A stretch of DNA of 63,847 bases, counting the filler, from Octopus bimaculoides (taxonomy: Eukaryota), in assembly GCF_001194135.2 (NCBI RefSeq). It is 7 parts of 7 records of this genome, joined end to end, with 100 filler letters (N's around TTAATTAATTAA, not from the genome) between each part and the next. Parts side by side here need not be neighbours in the genome. Positions count along the whole stretch, not along the records: positions 6,052 to 21,206 come from NC_068996.1; positions 21,307 to 29,735 come from NC_068991.1; 5 more parts are not named here. The stretch is one strand, 5' to 3'. Below are positions 12,974 through 23,989 of the stretch, piece by piece. Positions within the stretch are counted from its first letter, which is position 1. Every line of letters begins with the position of its first letter. A program made the translations under genes and the position numbers. The notes under the pieces were generated by a model. That model was not told where the DNA came from, did no database searches, and saw only the letters and a program-made list of their open reading frames with translations.

Positions 12974-14036
12974 CTGTACACAGTTTCTCTTCTCTTCTCT
13001 GTCCCAGATTACTATATCCGGTCTATTATGTCTGCACTTTATTGAGGTTTTTATTGGGACATTCCACCAATACTCTTTCATATTGTGAGTGGTAATGGCC
13101 TCTACCTCATTATGGGTTTTCATCTCCTTAGCCTCGGGGTTATCCTGTCGGCGGATTTCATTGTACAGTGTCTTGGCCACAACATCATGTCTCATTGGTA
13201 GGTAATACCGTGATGACATTTTTGGACAGCTGCTAATGATGTGGGTGATATCTTCGATACTGATTCCACANNNNNNNNNNNNNNNNNNNNNNNNNNNNNN
13301 NNNNNNNNNNNNNNNNNNNNNNNNNNNNNNNNNNNNNNNNNNNNNNNNNNNNNNNNNNNNNNNNNNNNNNNNNNNNNNNNNNNNNNNNNNNNNNNNNNNN
13401 NNNNNNNNNNNNNNNNNNNNNNNNNNNNNNNNNNNNNNNNNNNNNNNNNNNNNNNNNNNNNNNNNNNNNNNNNNNNNNNNNNNNNNNNNNNNNNNNNNNN
13501 NNNNNNNNNNNNNNNNNNNNNNNNNNNNNNNNNNNNNNNNNNNNNNNNNNNNNNNNNNNNNNNNNNNNNNNNNNNNNNNNNNNNNNNNNNNNNNNNNNNN
13601 NNNNNNNNNNNNNNNNNNNNNNNNNNNNNNNNNNNNNNNNNNNNNNNNNNNNNNNNNNNNNNNNNNNNNNNNNNNNNNNNNNNNNNNNNNNNNNNNNNNN
13701 NNNNNNNNNNNNNNNNNNNNNNNNNNNNNNNNNNNNNNNNNNATATGACACAGCATTCAAAGGCAGTCTGAATTGATGTTAGGCCCCTCCCTCCTTTATT
13801 TCGTTTTAGGTATAGGCCGTCTACATCGCTATTGATGTGAAAGTTGTTCGTGCTCGTTAGTATTTTTCGGGTCTTCACATCAAGGGCTCGGATTTCATCG
13901 ATCGGCAAGTATCCCGAATGTCGGTATGAGTACTGGTACTGCAAACACATTGTGGGCTATTGCTTTATTGAACGCAGAGAGTTCCGAGGTCCATATTTTC
14001 CTAACCCGATTTCTGTATTCCTTAGTAACACGTTCC
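12974..14036 (-). mobile_element. Second, divergent Dong/R4-clade LINE fragment spanning a gap
   Basis: KEYRNRVRKIWTSELSAFNK, DVDGLYLKRNKGGRGLTSI, CGISIEDITHIISSCPK..RHD, NRPDIVIWD; flanked by microsatellites at both ends. Confidence 0.9.
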
Positions 14037-14159
14037 TTGTATGTATGTATGTATGTATGTATGTATGTATGTATGTATGTATGTATGTATGTACATATGT
14101 ATGTATGTACGTACACGTGTCTACGTGCATAGGTCTACCATGATATATACAGACGCAGA

Positions 14160-14430
14160 CTAGGGTCGATTCATATGAAAAAGAAAGTGAACAAAATAAC
14201 AACCACTCGCTAATCGGGAAATTTGTAAATTCGATTAAAAATTTTATTTTTTAAAAAGATAATCAAACCAAATGTTCATCATTTTCAGCCACTCACCCAA
14301 TGAATATTTCTACCAAATGTGGTGAAAATCTGTTCAACCGTTTTCTAAAAATTTTGCAAACATACAGACCAACCGACAAAGACGAGTGATTACAATACCC
14401 TGCTTTCGCTTACGCACGCAGGGTAATAAT
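14160..14430 (+). mobile_element. Non-autonomous Helentron/DINE-like (HINE) 3' end
   Basis: Perfect 8-bp stem TACCCTGC (14396-14403) / GCAGGGTA (14418-14425) followed by ATAAT, preceded by CAGACCAACCGACA; resembles the ATACCC...GGGTA terminal hairpin of DINE-1-like elements. Confidence 0.55.
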
Positions 14431-14457
14431 GATGTGATCATAAGGAATTCATAATAC

Positions 14458-14790
14458 AACAAGAGCACTCAGGGAGAGCAAACCTCCACCAAGGCAACAC
14501 CAACATCCTCTCAACGGTTAGCCGGAGATGATTTTTAAAATGAGAATATCTGAAATAAACTCGACTGCTCTCACAGACGAGAATACTAAAAAATGAACTC
14601 GATCGGTCTCAAAAATTAAGTAAAACACCGGAAAAATAATCCAGAATCCTTGTCCAGTACCCGATCGATCCCACAATCTAATCAGTTCATGCCAGTCACG
14701 AGGCCAAAACATCCCTGAAAGTTTCATCCGAATCCATCCAGCAGCTCTTGAGATATCTTGTTCACGGAGAAACGAACAAACGCGATTGGT
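14458..14790 (+). mobile_element. Second HINE-like non-autonomous element (AACAAGAG start), 3'-truncated
   Basis: Starts with AACAAGAGCACTCAG and has the AAAGTTTCATCCGAATCCATCC...GAGATATCTTGTTCAC body that I recognise from mollusc HINE-like repeats. No terminal hairpin seen. Confidence 0.4.
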
Positions 14791-15054
14791 TCAAGTGTGA
14801 TTCACTTCGACTATTCTGACTTCCAGAATGATGACTCAGGGACCAATAGTAGAGAAGAAATAAGAGAAGACATTCATGACAGTGAGAGCGTGAGTTTAGA
14901 AGCAGTTCTGACAGGGTATAAGTGTCCTGGAGTGAGATACGAAGTTTGCATTGTCAGAAATTAGGCAAAAGGGAACGAAACTTTTCGGTAGAGCTCGGTG
15001 GATGTGGATACAGAGGGAAATGTAATAAAAAAAAAAGTCACTGTTTGGTCCTTG

Positions 15055-15390
15055 ACTGTGCCGCACACAGCGGTGTTCAAATATGAATGGAGGCATCCCA
15101 GTAAGACGCCGGAGTTCTACGAGGAAGAGAAGGGACCCGCCGGCGTGAAAGTAGGGGAGGAAGTTTGGGTCAAGCCGCCGAAGGCACGCTGCACATCACA
15201 ATGGGGCAGGGGAACAGTGACAGCGGTCAATTCCAGAAACAATGTATCTGTGGATGAAATGCCGCGTCACGTGCTGGACCTGCGCAGGATAGCCACTTCG
15301 TCGGATGAAGAGCGCGATGGAAACGAGCCACCTGGCTTGAGAAGATCTCGCCCGCCCGGTTGGATGGCGGACTTCGAATTGGAGTAGGGG
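15055..15390 (+). mobile_element. Ty3/Gypsy pol 3' end (integrase C-terminal region) followed by a polypurine tract
   Basis: Uninterrupted frame ...KVGEEVWVKPP..W.RGTV....NNVSVDEMPRHVLDLR...LRRSRPPGWMADF*, then GGAGTAGGGG at 15381-15390. Confidence 0.8.
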
Positions 15391-15845
15391 TGAACGTGAT
15401 NNNNNNNNNNNNNNNNNNNNNNNNNNNNNNNNNNNNNNNNNNNNNNNNNNNNNNNNNNNNNNNNNNNNNNNNNNNNNNNNNNNNNNNNNNNNNNNNNNNN
15501 NNNNNNNNNNNNNNNNNNNNNNNNNNNNNNNNNNNNNNNNNNNNNNNNNNNNNNNNNNNNNNNNNNAGATCAGGGTGGCGTGTGGTATGATGTCAGTGTC
15601 TGGGGAGGCTGACCGGAAGGGCGAGTTGACCGGAAGAGGAAAAAGGGCAGAGGGAGCCTCGATCGGGATTTGTACCCTTTTCGAACGGGGTTGTGGTCAG
15701 GACAAGACGTGTTAAGCGACGGTCTAGGTTTGGGAGAAGCAGCTGCTATTCCTGGTGTTCTTCGGGTCGGGGCAAGCTTCAAGGATTGGATACCGCAAGA
15801 CAGACTCGCAGTCGACGAAAGGAAAACCGAGGTAAGGCGATTACA
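15391..15845 (+). mobile_element. Probable 3' LTR of the Gypsy element
   Basis: Starts with TG right after the polypurine tract, is GC-rich, and ends ...GATTACA where composition changes. Contains a gap, and no second LTR is available to confirm the ends. Confidence 0.5.
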
Positions 15846-15899
15846 TCTACTCGCACGCATACACCACAATCGGGCGCGCGTTATTCGATTTTAGGCAGA

Positions 15900-16500
15900 A
15901 GTGTGCAGTTTTCCAATAGCACTTTGTTCAAGTGTCTTAAAATAGTTGTGGCTTATGGATTTGATACCGACCTTTACTGCTTACGCAATTAGCAGCAAAA
16001 ATAGTGGTTGTACAAGGGACACATTGCCTACTTTGGAAGTTTGTCTTCAGAATTGTATAGATACATCAGGCATGTTTACCCGTCTCTTGACTGACAACTA
16101 TCGCAACTCGTAGCAAAGTGGAAGACATCAGCTATTTACACTAGGCGAACATTGGAGTGGTGACGCTGCTGTAGAAAGGCGTAAACACGGGGAATATCAT
16201 CCAGTTTCTGCTCCATAGCTCATCAGAGATTTAAAAGCGGTAGTCCGGCAGAAAACGCTCTCTTGTATCGTTTTCTGTTGGCCATCCATAATAATCCCTT
16301 TGTCATCCATACATCTTTAAAATGATCTGAACGACATGAATCAATCCAATACTACCAACAGCGATTCGGTTCCGTTTTCAAAAGCTAGGTCGCTATAATA
16401 TTCTACGGTATCTGTTCTATGGCCAGGTTAAATGGCTACATATGAGAAATTTCGAATTACACTCCTAAGCTGCCATGAAAGTCTTCTCATTGCTCTTGGA
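15900..16500 (-). mobile_element. Highly degenerate RTE-type LINE RT-thumb relic
   Basis: Minus-strand ATGAGCTATGGAGCAGAAACTGG reads MSYGAET(W), matching the RTE LLYGAETW motif; the surrounding frames are broken. Confidence 0.45.
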
Positions 16501-16961
16501 ACTATGAGTTTTTGAATCATTACTGCAGAAGTAAGATCAGAAAAAGAGCGGTTCAACTTGAACAGGGAGACAGGGGGCAGGGTGGCAGCGTGGATGTGCT
16601 GTGTGTCATTGGACCAATGATGCTATAAAGATGATTGGAGTTTCGTTCTGGGCAGAAACCAATAGGATATCAAACAAGGTTACGGTCAAGAGTCCAAGCA
16701 TCACTAAGAAATAGACTAAGAGGAAGCCTCTTTCGAAAAGAGAAAATTGATAAAAGCTAACTTTCTCTTGACGAGGAAAGCTGGTCTTATTGTAAAATCA
16801 GTGTGACTGTTTACTGGTTGCATACCCAAGAACTTTTGTATAGTCTATCTGTAAATTATAGACATTACGGTATTCCGAACTTCCTGAAACAGCTGTTGAG
16901 TTTAGAAATATTGTATTCTTTTCTTAGTACTTTGTACTTTTATGCTCTACATAAATATACT

Positions 16962-17008
<47 letters not shown>

Positions 17009-17310
17009 NNNNNNNNNNNNNNNNNNNNNNNNNNNNNNNNNNNNNNNNNNNNNNNNNNNNNNNNNNNNNNNNNNNNNNNNNNNNNNNNNNNNNNNNNNNN
17101 NNNNNNNNNNNNNNNNNNNNNNNNNNNNNNNNNNNNNNNNNNNNNNNNNNNNNNNNNNNNNNNNNNNNNNNNNNNNNNNNNNNNNNNNNNNNNNNNNNNN
17201 NNNNNNNNNNNNNNNNNNNNNNNNNNNNNNNNNNNNNNNNNNNNNNNNNNNNNNNNNNNNNNNNNNNNNNNNNNNNNNNNNNNNNNNNNNNNNNNNNNNN
17301 NNNNNNNNNN

Positions 17311-17358
<48 letters not shown>

Positions 17359-17404
17359 TATCACACACATACATATATGTATATAGGCACACACATACAC
17401 GTAC

Positions 17405-17437
<33 letters not shown>

Positions 17438-17499
17438 TATATAATGGTATTTTTATATAAGCTTAAAGCTTATCATTTGCGAACCCATGTAAAACGAAC

Positions 17500-17740
17500 C
17501 TCCACCAACTATTCTGCCTATATGTCTGTGCACACCTTTCAATGCAATGTATGCCAGAAGGTATTCAAATCTAAAGAATACCTCAAAAAGACATTTTAAG
17601 ATCCACAAAGAACAGAACTTATCTGCAGGTAATGGTGGTCCAAATCGGATATACAATCTACGTGGATGTATTTTCAAAACATTGTCTGGTTTCAAAAGCC
17701 ATATCAGATGCCATGATGGATCTGAAGTGTAGGTAGAGGA
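17500..17740 (+). mobile_element. Probable RTE-type LINE 3' end with a terminal C2H2-like remnant
   Basis: ...GCIFKTLSGFKSHIRCH resembles the C..F.S..GL.SH.R.H terminus of RTE ORFs. Confidence 0.4.
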
Positions 17741-17836
17741 GGTGGCCAAATTTTGTATAAGGAATAGACAACAACCATATATATATGTGCGTATATGTGT
17801 GCTGCATATGTGTGAGAGTATGCCTTTGTGTGTGTG

Positions 17837-17876
<40 letters not shown>

Positions 17877-18053
17877 TATGTGTGTTTGTGTGTGTGTGTG
17901 TGTGTGTCTGTGTCTGTGTCTGTGTGTGTCTGTGTGTATGTATGTATGTATGTATGTATACGTAAATGCACAACGTAAATGTAAATGAGTACTCAACACT
18001 GCATTGGTGGATAAATAACTTCTGTATTTGTAAATTAAGGCTACCATTGGTTT

Positions 18054-18221
18054 CATGTTAAGGAGAGTAGGAAAATATCCAAGTATCTTAACAATTTTTC
18101 AAGCCGATCATATGGAGAAAGGTGTTCGCCTCCATTTTGGAAAACAATCTCCCTTTCTCTCTGTGATCGGCTTGAAAAATTGTTAAAATGTTTGGATATT
18201 TTCCTACTCTTCTTAAACATG
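18054..18221. repeat. Foldback inverted repeat or palindromic MITE (arms about 57 bp)
   Basis: 18054-18110 is the near-perfect reverse complement of 18164-18221 (about 90% identity by eye), with extra GAGAAAGG/CCTTTCTC pairing inside the loop. Confidence 0.85.
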
Positions 18222-18884
18222 CTTGAGGCCAATGTTATCCTTAATTCACAAATATATATACATATATATGTAATGTGTATGTGTGTCAAGACAACGAGTT
18301 TTCAAACGATTTCCGGTGACCAAAATCACTCACAAGGTATTGGTTGGCCCGATTCTAAAGTACAAGACGCTTGACTTAAGCGCTACGCAGTGGTATTGAA
18401 CACGAAATTGCATGGTTACAAAGTTACCTTAACCGCACAACTATGCCTGCACGTGTGTATATATATGAGCATGTATACATAATTTTATTTAATATGCACA
18501 CATGTACATATATATGCATTGAGTTCTTGCATGCTTCTATTGCTTCTGCTATTACTAATGCACGTTTCACATTACATTTATGGATATTTGTAATAATGAT
18601 AGACGTTACTTTAATTTTTTTAATTCTTAGTCTTCATTTCAGGTCTGATTTAATCAGCCGAATTAAAACAACTCTATGTATTTAGAGTTTTTCTAGTAAT
18701 TAGTTTGTATTATTTAATATTAAGTTACTGAACATATAGAGTGAGTGGAGATCACGCGCGAGCACATATCCACACCTACAACCACACACCCACATACATA
18801 TAGACACATACACACACACCTATATATATAGGTGTGTGTTTATGTGTATATCATATCATATATACATATATATTTATATATACA

Positions 18885-18942
<58 letters not shown>

Positions 18943-18984
18943 NNNNNNNNNNNNNNNNNNNNNNNNNNNNNNNNNNNNNNNNNN

Positions 18985-19335
18985 AGGCGTAGGAGTGTCT
19001 GTGTGGTAAGTAGCTTGCTTACCAACCACATGGTCCCGGGTTCAGTCCCACTGCGTGGCATCTTGGGCAAGTGTCTTCTACTATAGCGTCGGGCCGACCA
19101 AAGCCTTGTGAGTGGATTTGGTAGACGGAAACTGAAATCAGCCCGTCGTATATATGTATATGTATATATGTATGTATGTGTGTTTGTGTGTCTGTGTTTG
19201 TCCCCACAAAATCGCTTGACAACCGATACTGGTGTGTTTATGTCCCCGTAACTTAGCGGTTCGGCAAAAGAGACCGATAGAATAAGTACTGCTCCAGCAT
19301 GGTCGCAGTCAAATGGCTGAAACAAGTAAAAGAGA
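18985..19335 (+). mobile_element. tRNA-derived SINE, family B (head GGCGTAGGAGTGGCTGTGTGGTAAG...GGGTTCAGTCCC)
   Basis: A- and B-box-like head, internal TA/TG microsatellite and conserved tail; about 10 copies in the window. Confidence 0.9.
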
Positions 19336-19341
19336 GGAAGA

Positions 19342-19383
<42 letters not shown>

Positions 19384-19399
19384 CAATGAAAGACAAAAG

Positions 19400-20990
19400 A
19401 TAGAATATACGAGAGTATATTATTAATCACAACAATTGTTTCGACACAATCTAGCATCGACTCCTCTTGTGGGACACTCAACAACTGGTTCAGGAGTATC
19501 CGGTGGTGCAGACGTACTTGGTGGGGTGATAAATGAATAAAAAAATTTCGTTAAAATGACTGTTCCATAATGCAACTTTCCGTTTTGTAGAGAGAAAAAC
19601 AGCCAGACGGAGGAAAAATCTACATATATATAGAAGATCCAAAAATAAAATTGTAGAAGAACAAAAAGAGAAACGAACATTTAATCCAGCGAGAAAAGTA
19701 TTGAAAATAACCGTTAACAGATATGGATGTATAAACGCCCTCGGGAAAGCTGCATGGCACGAGTACACACGCTCATACAAGCATTAGCAAAAATGTGAGA
19801 ATACTCACACGCAAGGTTAGGTGAACTTATAATTACAAAGCAAGTTAGTATTTAGATATTTAGTAGGTGTTTAGAAGAACGGGGAGGTTTAAAGTAAATT
19901 TAAGTCATCCATACCTTAAAGTAAAATAAAATAAAATTCCACCAAGTTAACAGTTACTCAAAATTCATTCTCACTGCATTGTGCGAAGTATATTTATATG
20001 CGTGTAGGCGTCTTTCAGAAATTCTATTAAGTATCTTTTCATTAGTCCACAGAATAGACAGGGATTCCTCGGAGCAGAGACGGCATCTCCTGGAAATTGC
20101 ACTGAATGGTTTTGCATGTCTAACTACGGACCAAGTGATGTAGTATTTCGTATTAGCCTCCTTCAGTCGCCATATAAAATCTGCCAAACATGTCAAATTT
20201 CTCTTATTGATTGACCTAAAGCTGGCAACATGATTACGATAACGATTCTTAAATGAATCAGCCGTCTGCCCAATGTAAACGTAGGGCCCTCCCCTTGTGT
20301 GCACGGTACATTTATATACAAGATTTATATACAGGAAAAATAATACAAGATTTATATACAGGAAAAATAAGGCAGCGAGCTGGCAGAAACGTTAGCACGT
20401 CTGACGAAATGCTTAGCGGTATTTCGTCTGCCTTTACGTTCTGAGTTCAAATTCCGCCGAGGATGACTTTACCTTTCATCCTTTCCGGGTCGATAAATTA
20501 AGTACCAGTTACGTACTGGGGATCGATCTAATCGACTGCCCCCAGCCTCCAGCAAATTTCGAGCCTTGTGCCTAGAGTAGAAAAGTATATACAAGGTTTG
20601 TACTCATACAAAAATTCATCAAAGGACATTTTGATTTATCTCTGCATGAGCATTTATCGTTTTTATTTGTACATAAAGCAGTCCTGACTTCATTTACCGG
20701 CGTTGTTATTGTGCTAGCTGTACCATAAATATTCTACTACTACAAATTGGTCGAAGTTGATGATTATCAATGCGGTTTACATCTCCTTGGTTGGCATTTA
20801 GATGTAAATGCTTGCTATATCCAGTAGGTGGGCTATTGAACCTTTGTTGCATTTTGCTATTGTTTATGTAATTCATAAGCTGCTCCAAATTAGCTGAGTT
20901 AGCGTAGGATACTTTCACTGTATGCCGATTAAAAATAGCATGATACCGATTAGATTTGGTAAAACATTTGTCCGAAGCAGCAAAAAATTT
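19400..20990 (-). mobile_element. 5'-truncated Penelope-like element (RT-EN linker, GIY-YIG endonuclease, 3' terminus) interrupted by a SINE A
   Basis: KFF..SDKCF..SNRYHAIFNRHTVKVSY (20990-20890), CSCRDKSKCPL..C (about 20650) and YIGQTADSFKNRYRNHVASFR...LADFIWRLKE...WSVV...C.LCSEE (20304-19954), then a 3' UTR ending in GAAACAATTGTTGTGAT. Confidence 0.88.
20371..20586 (+). mobile_element. SINE family A, full-length, inserted in the Penelope element
   Basis: Complete head GGCAGCGAGCTGGCAGAAACGTTAGC through tail. Confidence 0.9.
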
Positions 20991-21004
20991 TTCAGCGATC
21001 CTGG

Positions 21005-21180
21005 TCGAAACATATATGCTTGTTTATATATGGGAGAATATACAAAAAATAACAACAGACGAGGACAGGTGGTGTAAATAACAAAAGTATATATTAGTAT
21101 GACGCTCGGGAATACGGAAAGTCTTTGACGTTTCGAGCTACGCTCTTCAACAGAAAGAATACGGAGACAAGGAGAAAAAC
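21005..21180 (-). mobile_element. Penelope-like terminal repeat with a degenerate hammerhead-like motif
   Basis: Minus strand TCTTT-CTGTTGA-A-GAGCgtaGCTC-GAAA-CG-TC-AAAGA followed by a T-rich tail. Confidence 0.5.
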
Positions 21181-21695
21181 AATATATATATATATATATA
21201 TATATANNNNNNNNNNNNNNNNNNNNNNNNNNNNNNNNNNNNNNNNNNNNTTAATTAATTAANNNNNNNNNNNNNNNNNNNNNNNNNNNNNNNNNNNNNN
21301 NNNNNNAAATTCCTTAGGAGAAAAGGAATTTTTAAACTCCTATTTCTAAATTCGGTATGTGGTGAAGCAATTAGCTGACCCCTAATTATAATTATGTTTA
21401 TAATTATAGAATATTTGTGTAATTTTACCTAAAAAGGTTATTTTAACGTACCGATCTACTTGGTAAAATTATTAATTAATTGATTAATTAATTAATTAAT
21501 TAATTTTACCTTTATATACCTATATATATATATATATAATTATTTAAAATTATTTAAAATTATAATACAGGGTATCAAGAGATACCACCACGCTGAAAAA
21601 ATAGCAGTCAAATCCTGACTCTAAAACCACAATAAATGTCCGCATGGCACGATTAGCGAAGACGAAGACCAAATAAACAAGTAAAAATAAAGATA

Positions 21696-21757
21696 ATTCC
21701 AAATCCCGGATTTCTGGCTTTGCATAAATAATAATGCTCTGCCTTCATCAGTGGAAT
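21696..21757 (-). ncRNA. Minimal type-I hammerhead ribozyme fold, predicted AUU cleavage between 21702 and 21701
   Basis: Stem I ATTCCA/TGGAAT (6 bp), core CTGATGA (21751-21745), stem II (A.A)GGC/GCC plus GCAT/ATGC, GAAA (21714-21711), stem III ATC-cgg-GAT. One mismatch at the stem II closing pair. Confidence 0.6.
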
Positions 21758-22309
21758 ATTCCACTGGCAACAGACCATCAACGCTATCTCTACACCCTCT
21801 CTCTCTCTCTCACTCTCTTCTCTCTCAATATAACTGCCTCCCTTGTTCATCTCTCTTTATCTATCATTCCCTACTTTTTAACCACGTAATAAATATTCTT
21901 ACCCCAACTCACCGCACGTCGTTTATACTTCTCTCTCACACTTTTTTTCGCGTCATTTTCTCTCTCGTTCTACACCTCTACCTTCAGCTGACCACGTAAC
22001 CATTTGGTCTAAGTGTATTAATACTAATCACCTTTCTCTACTTCTTCCACTCTTCTTTCTTCAACCCTCCCGCTCTCTCTCACTCTCACTTGCTCCACCA
22101 CTCACTTGCTCCACCTCTTTAATTAACTAATGTATAACGGGCGAACGAACAAACAAATTATGTGTGTGTGTGTATTGTTTTGACAACCTATATAACACTA
22201 TTTTGCCATGCTATATACATATTTATATTTCATTTGAAGTCCTCCAATTCATTCAGCACTACTTCACATTCTTATTGTGTTATTTCGTCCTGTTATTTAC
22301 TATTTACTG

Positions 22310-23010
22310 TAAATATAGTAGTTCCTTACAAACAAAGTTACGTGATTTCCCGGAGGAAGCATAAACAAAAGCATGGCTAGGAACTCCAACTCTTGTACAG
22401 GCAATATACAGTTACCCGTGTGAGAAACAATGTTCAAGTTGTAGCCCAGGAAAAAATAAAGCCTGTCCTTATGATTTATTTACAGACATGGCAAAAGTGA
22501 GTTTTATTGGCAGTCGCAGCCCTTTTAATGCAAAAGGATTTCTCTGTCGGATGGTATTAAGGGTATTCTGGATATAAAAATATATTCCATGGAACAACCA
22601 GTTAAAATAGTGGTCTAAATAATATCGGGCGTTAACTTTTAGCACCGTCTAGTACCATTACACAACCAAGGCTGGTTACGGTTCCATGATAGCATAATGA
22701 TGGTTCTTACTTTCAATAGGCATCGGTTTTGTAGGAGTCTAGGATATTCCAAAGAATTTAAGAATTCAGCAGGATAGTTGACAAGTACAGAAGGATGTGA
22801 AAGTGGATATAAATATTTTGACTGGAGACCTACAGTTGTTATACATATTGCAAACAGTGACATGAGATTGGAATACTCATTCTTCCTCAATGAGCATCTG
22901 AAGCTATTGTAAAGTGAAATGGTTTCAGCCAAGGTCCTAGCTTCCATTCACCAGCGTGTTTTGACCGCGACCGACATTTTCATGATATACAATGTTCGCT
23001 TGTTATATTA
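22310..23010 (-). pseudogene. Helitron PIF1-family helicase C-terminal relic
   Basis: NYPAEFLNSLE...LKVRTIIML..N....LCNGTR, ILTG...IFISRIPLIPSD, LPIKLTFAMSVNKS*GQ, CFSHG*LYIACTRVG, with stops. A possible degenerate 3' end (GTTCGCCCG...TTAGT) lies near 22126-22150. Confidence 0.9.
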
Positions 23011-23566
23011 ATGAGTGTTTCAGTAATTTGTTGTGTTGCGTTCAATTCTACCAAATGGGAATGGAAACCTGAGTAATTGGGAAACTCTTTCAGTGTTGTG
23101 TCTTAGAAGAGAGTTTCCATTTTAGTCAGTCACTCGATAAACTATGCTGCATGGTCCAGAAATCGCAACTCCCTGTTGAGACAGGAATTTGTGACAACAA
23201 CTGTTTGTTCAAAAATTGCATTCTGTGGTAAATTCGTCACCATAAATTCGTCAACATGAGCCAACAAAGGAAAATATATGTGATTAGCGGACCAGTTAGA
23301 AATATCTCCCTCAATTTTCATACAATACCTTTTGAAAATGGCAAGCAGACATTGAAAAATGCGGTTCTAGATGTACTGGTAAAAAAAAGAAAACCACTGA
23401 ATAGTCGTGGTTTGATTACCATTCATCATTGATTTGTATGGTTACCTAGGACTAAGTACCAATATAGACAATAATAACCTCGAATTAGGCATCTTATTTG
23501 TCTCGAGACAGTTTCTATAAAAAAAAAGTCTCTTTAATTAATTATTGTTGGATTGTCTTTTAACAG

Positions 23567-23639
23567 GAATGCTGGAATGGGTATAGCCTCAGCTACAGCA
23601 CGTCTCGGTAGCGTGATCTCTCCTTACACAAGAATGCTG
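23567..23639 (+). CDS. Internal exon of an SLC22/organic cation transporter-like MFS gene: (R)NAGMGIASATARLGSVISPYTRML
   Basis: Acceptor TTTTAACAG and donor CTG|GTAAGT. The peptide matches the SLC22 TM11 motif R..G.G..S..AR.G.I.SP. No other exons identified. Confidence 0.85.
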
Positions 23640-23737
23640 GTAAGTAAAATGTTTTCTTAAACTATAACATAATATATATGCACACACATATATACTCTCC
23701 CTCTCTCTCTCTCTCTCTCTCTCACTCTCTCACTCAC

Positions 23738-23806
<69 letters not shown>

Positions 23807-23989
23807 CATGTGTTTATAAATTTGGCTATGCAGGTATATTGTTCTGCGTATGTTTTAATATGATATTTCTCTTAACTGCGAGATGATCTCGCTGGAGTCT
23901 CAATTGCTTGACGGGTAAAATTTTACTTTTGCTATGAAAGCAGAAGAGACAATTCGTATGAGACTAAGCTATCTGCATCAAGGATATAA

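Noticed and set aside
16200-16240. Minus-strand CTGATGA-GCT atgg AGC-A-GAAAC hammerhead look-alike
   Set aside because: There is no NUH triplet or stem I, and the sequence is explained as the RTE coding motif SYGAETW.
19423-19780. Penelope RT-like peptides (FLDLL, HP, RNNC)
   Set aside because: They lie downstream of the endonuclease where a 3' UTR is expected, and the matches are short and in different frames; the 3' UTR and terminus reading is preferred.
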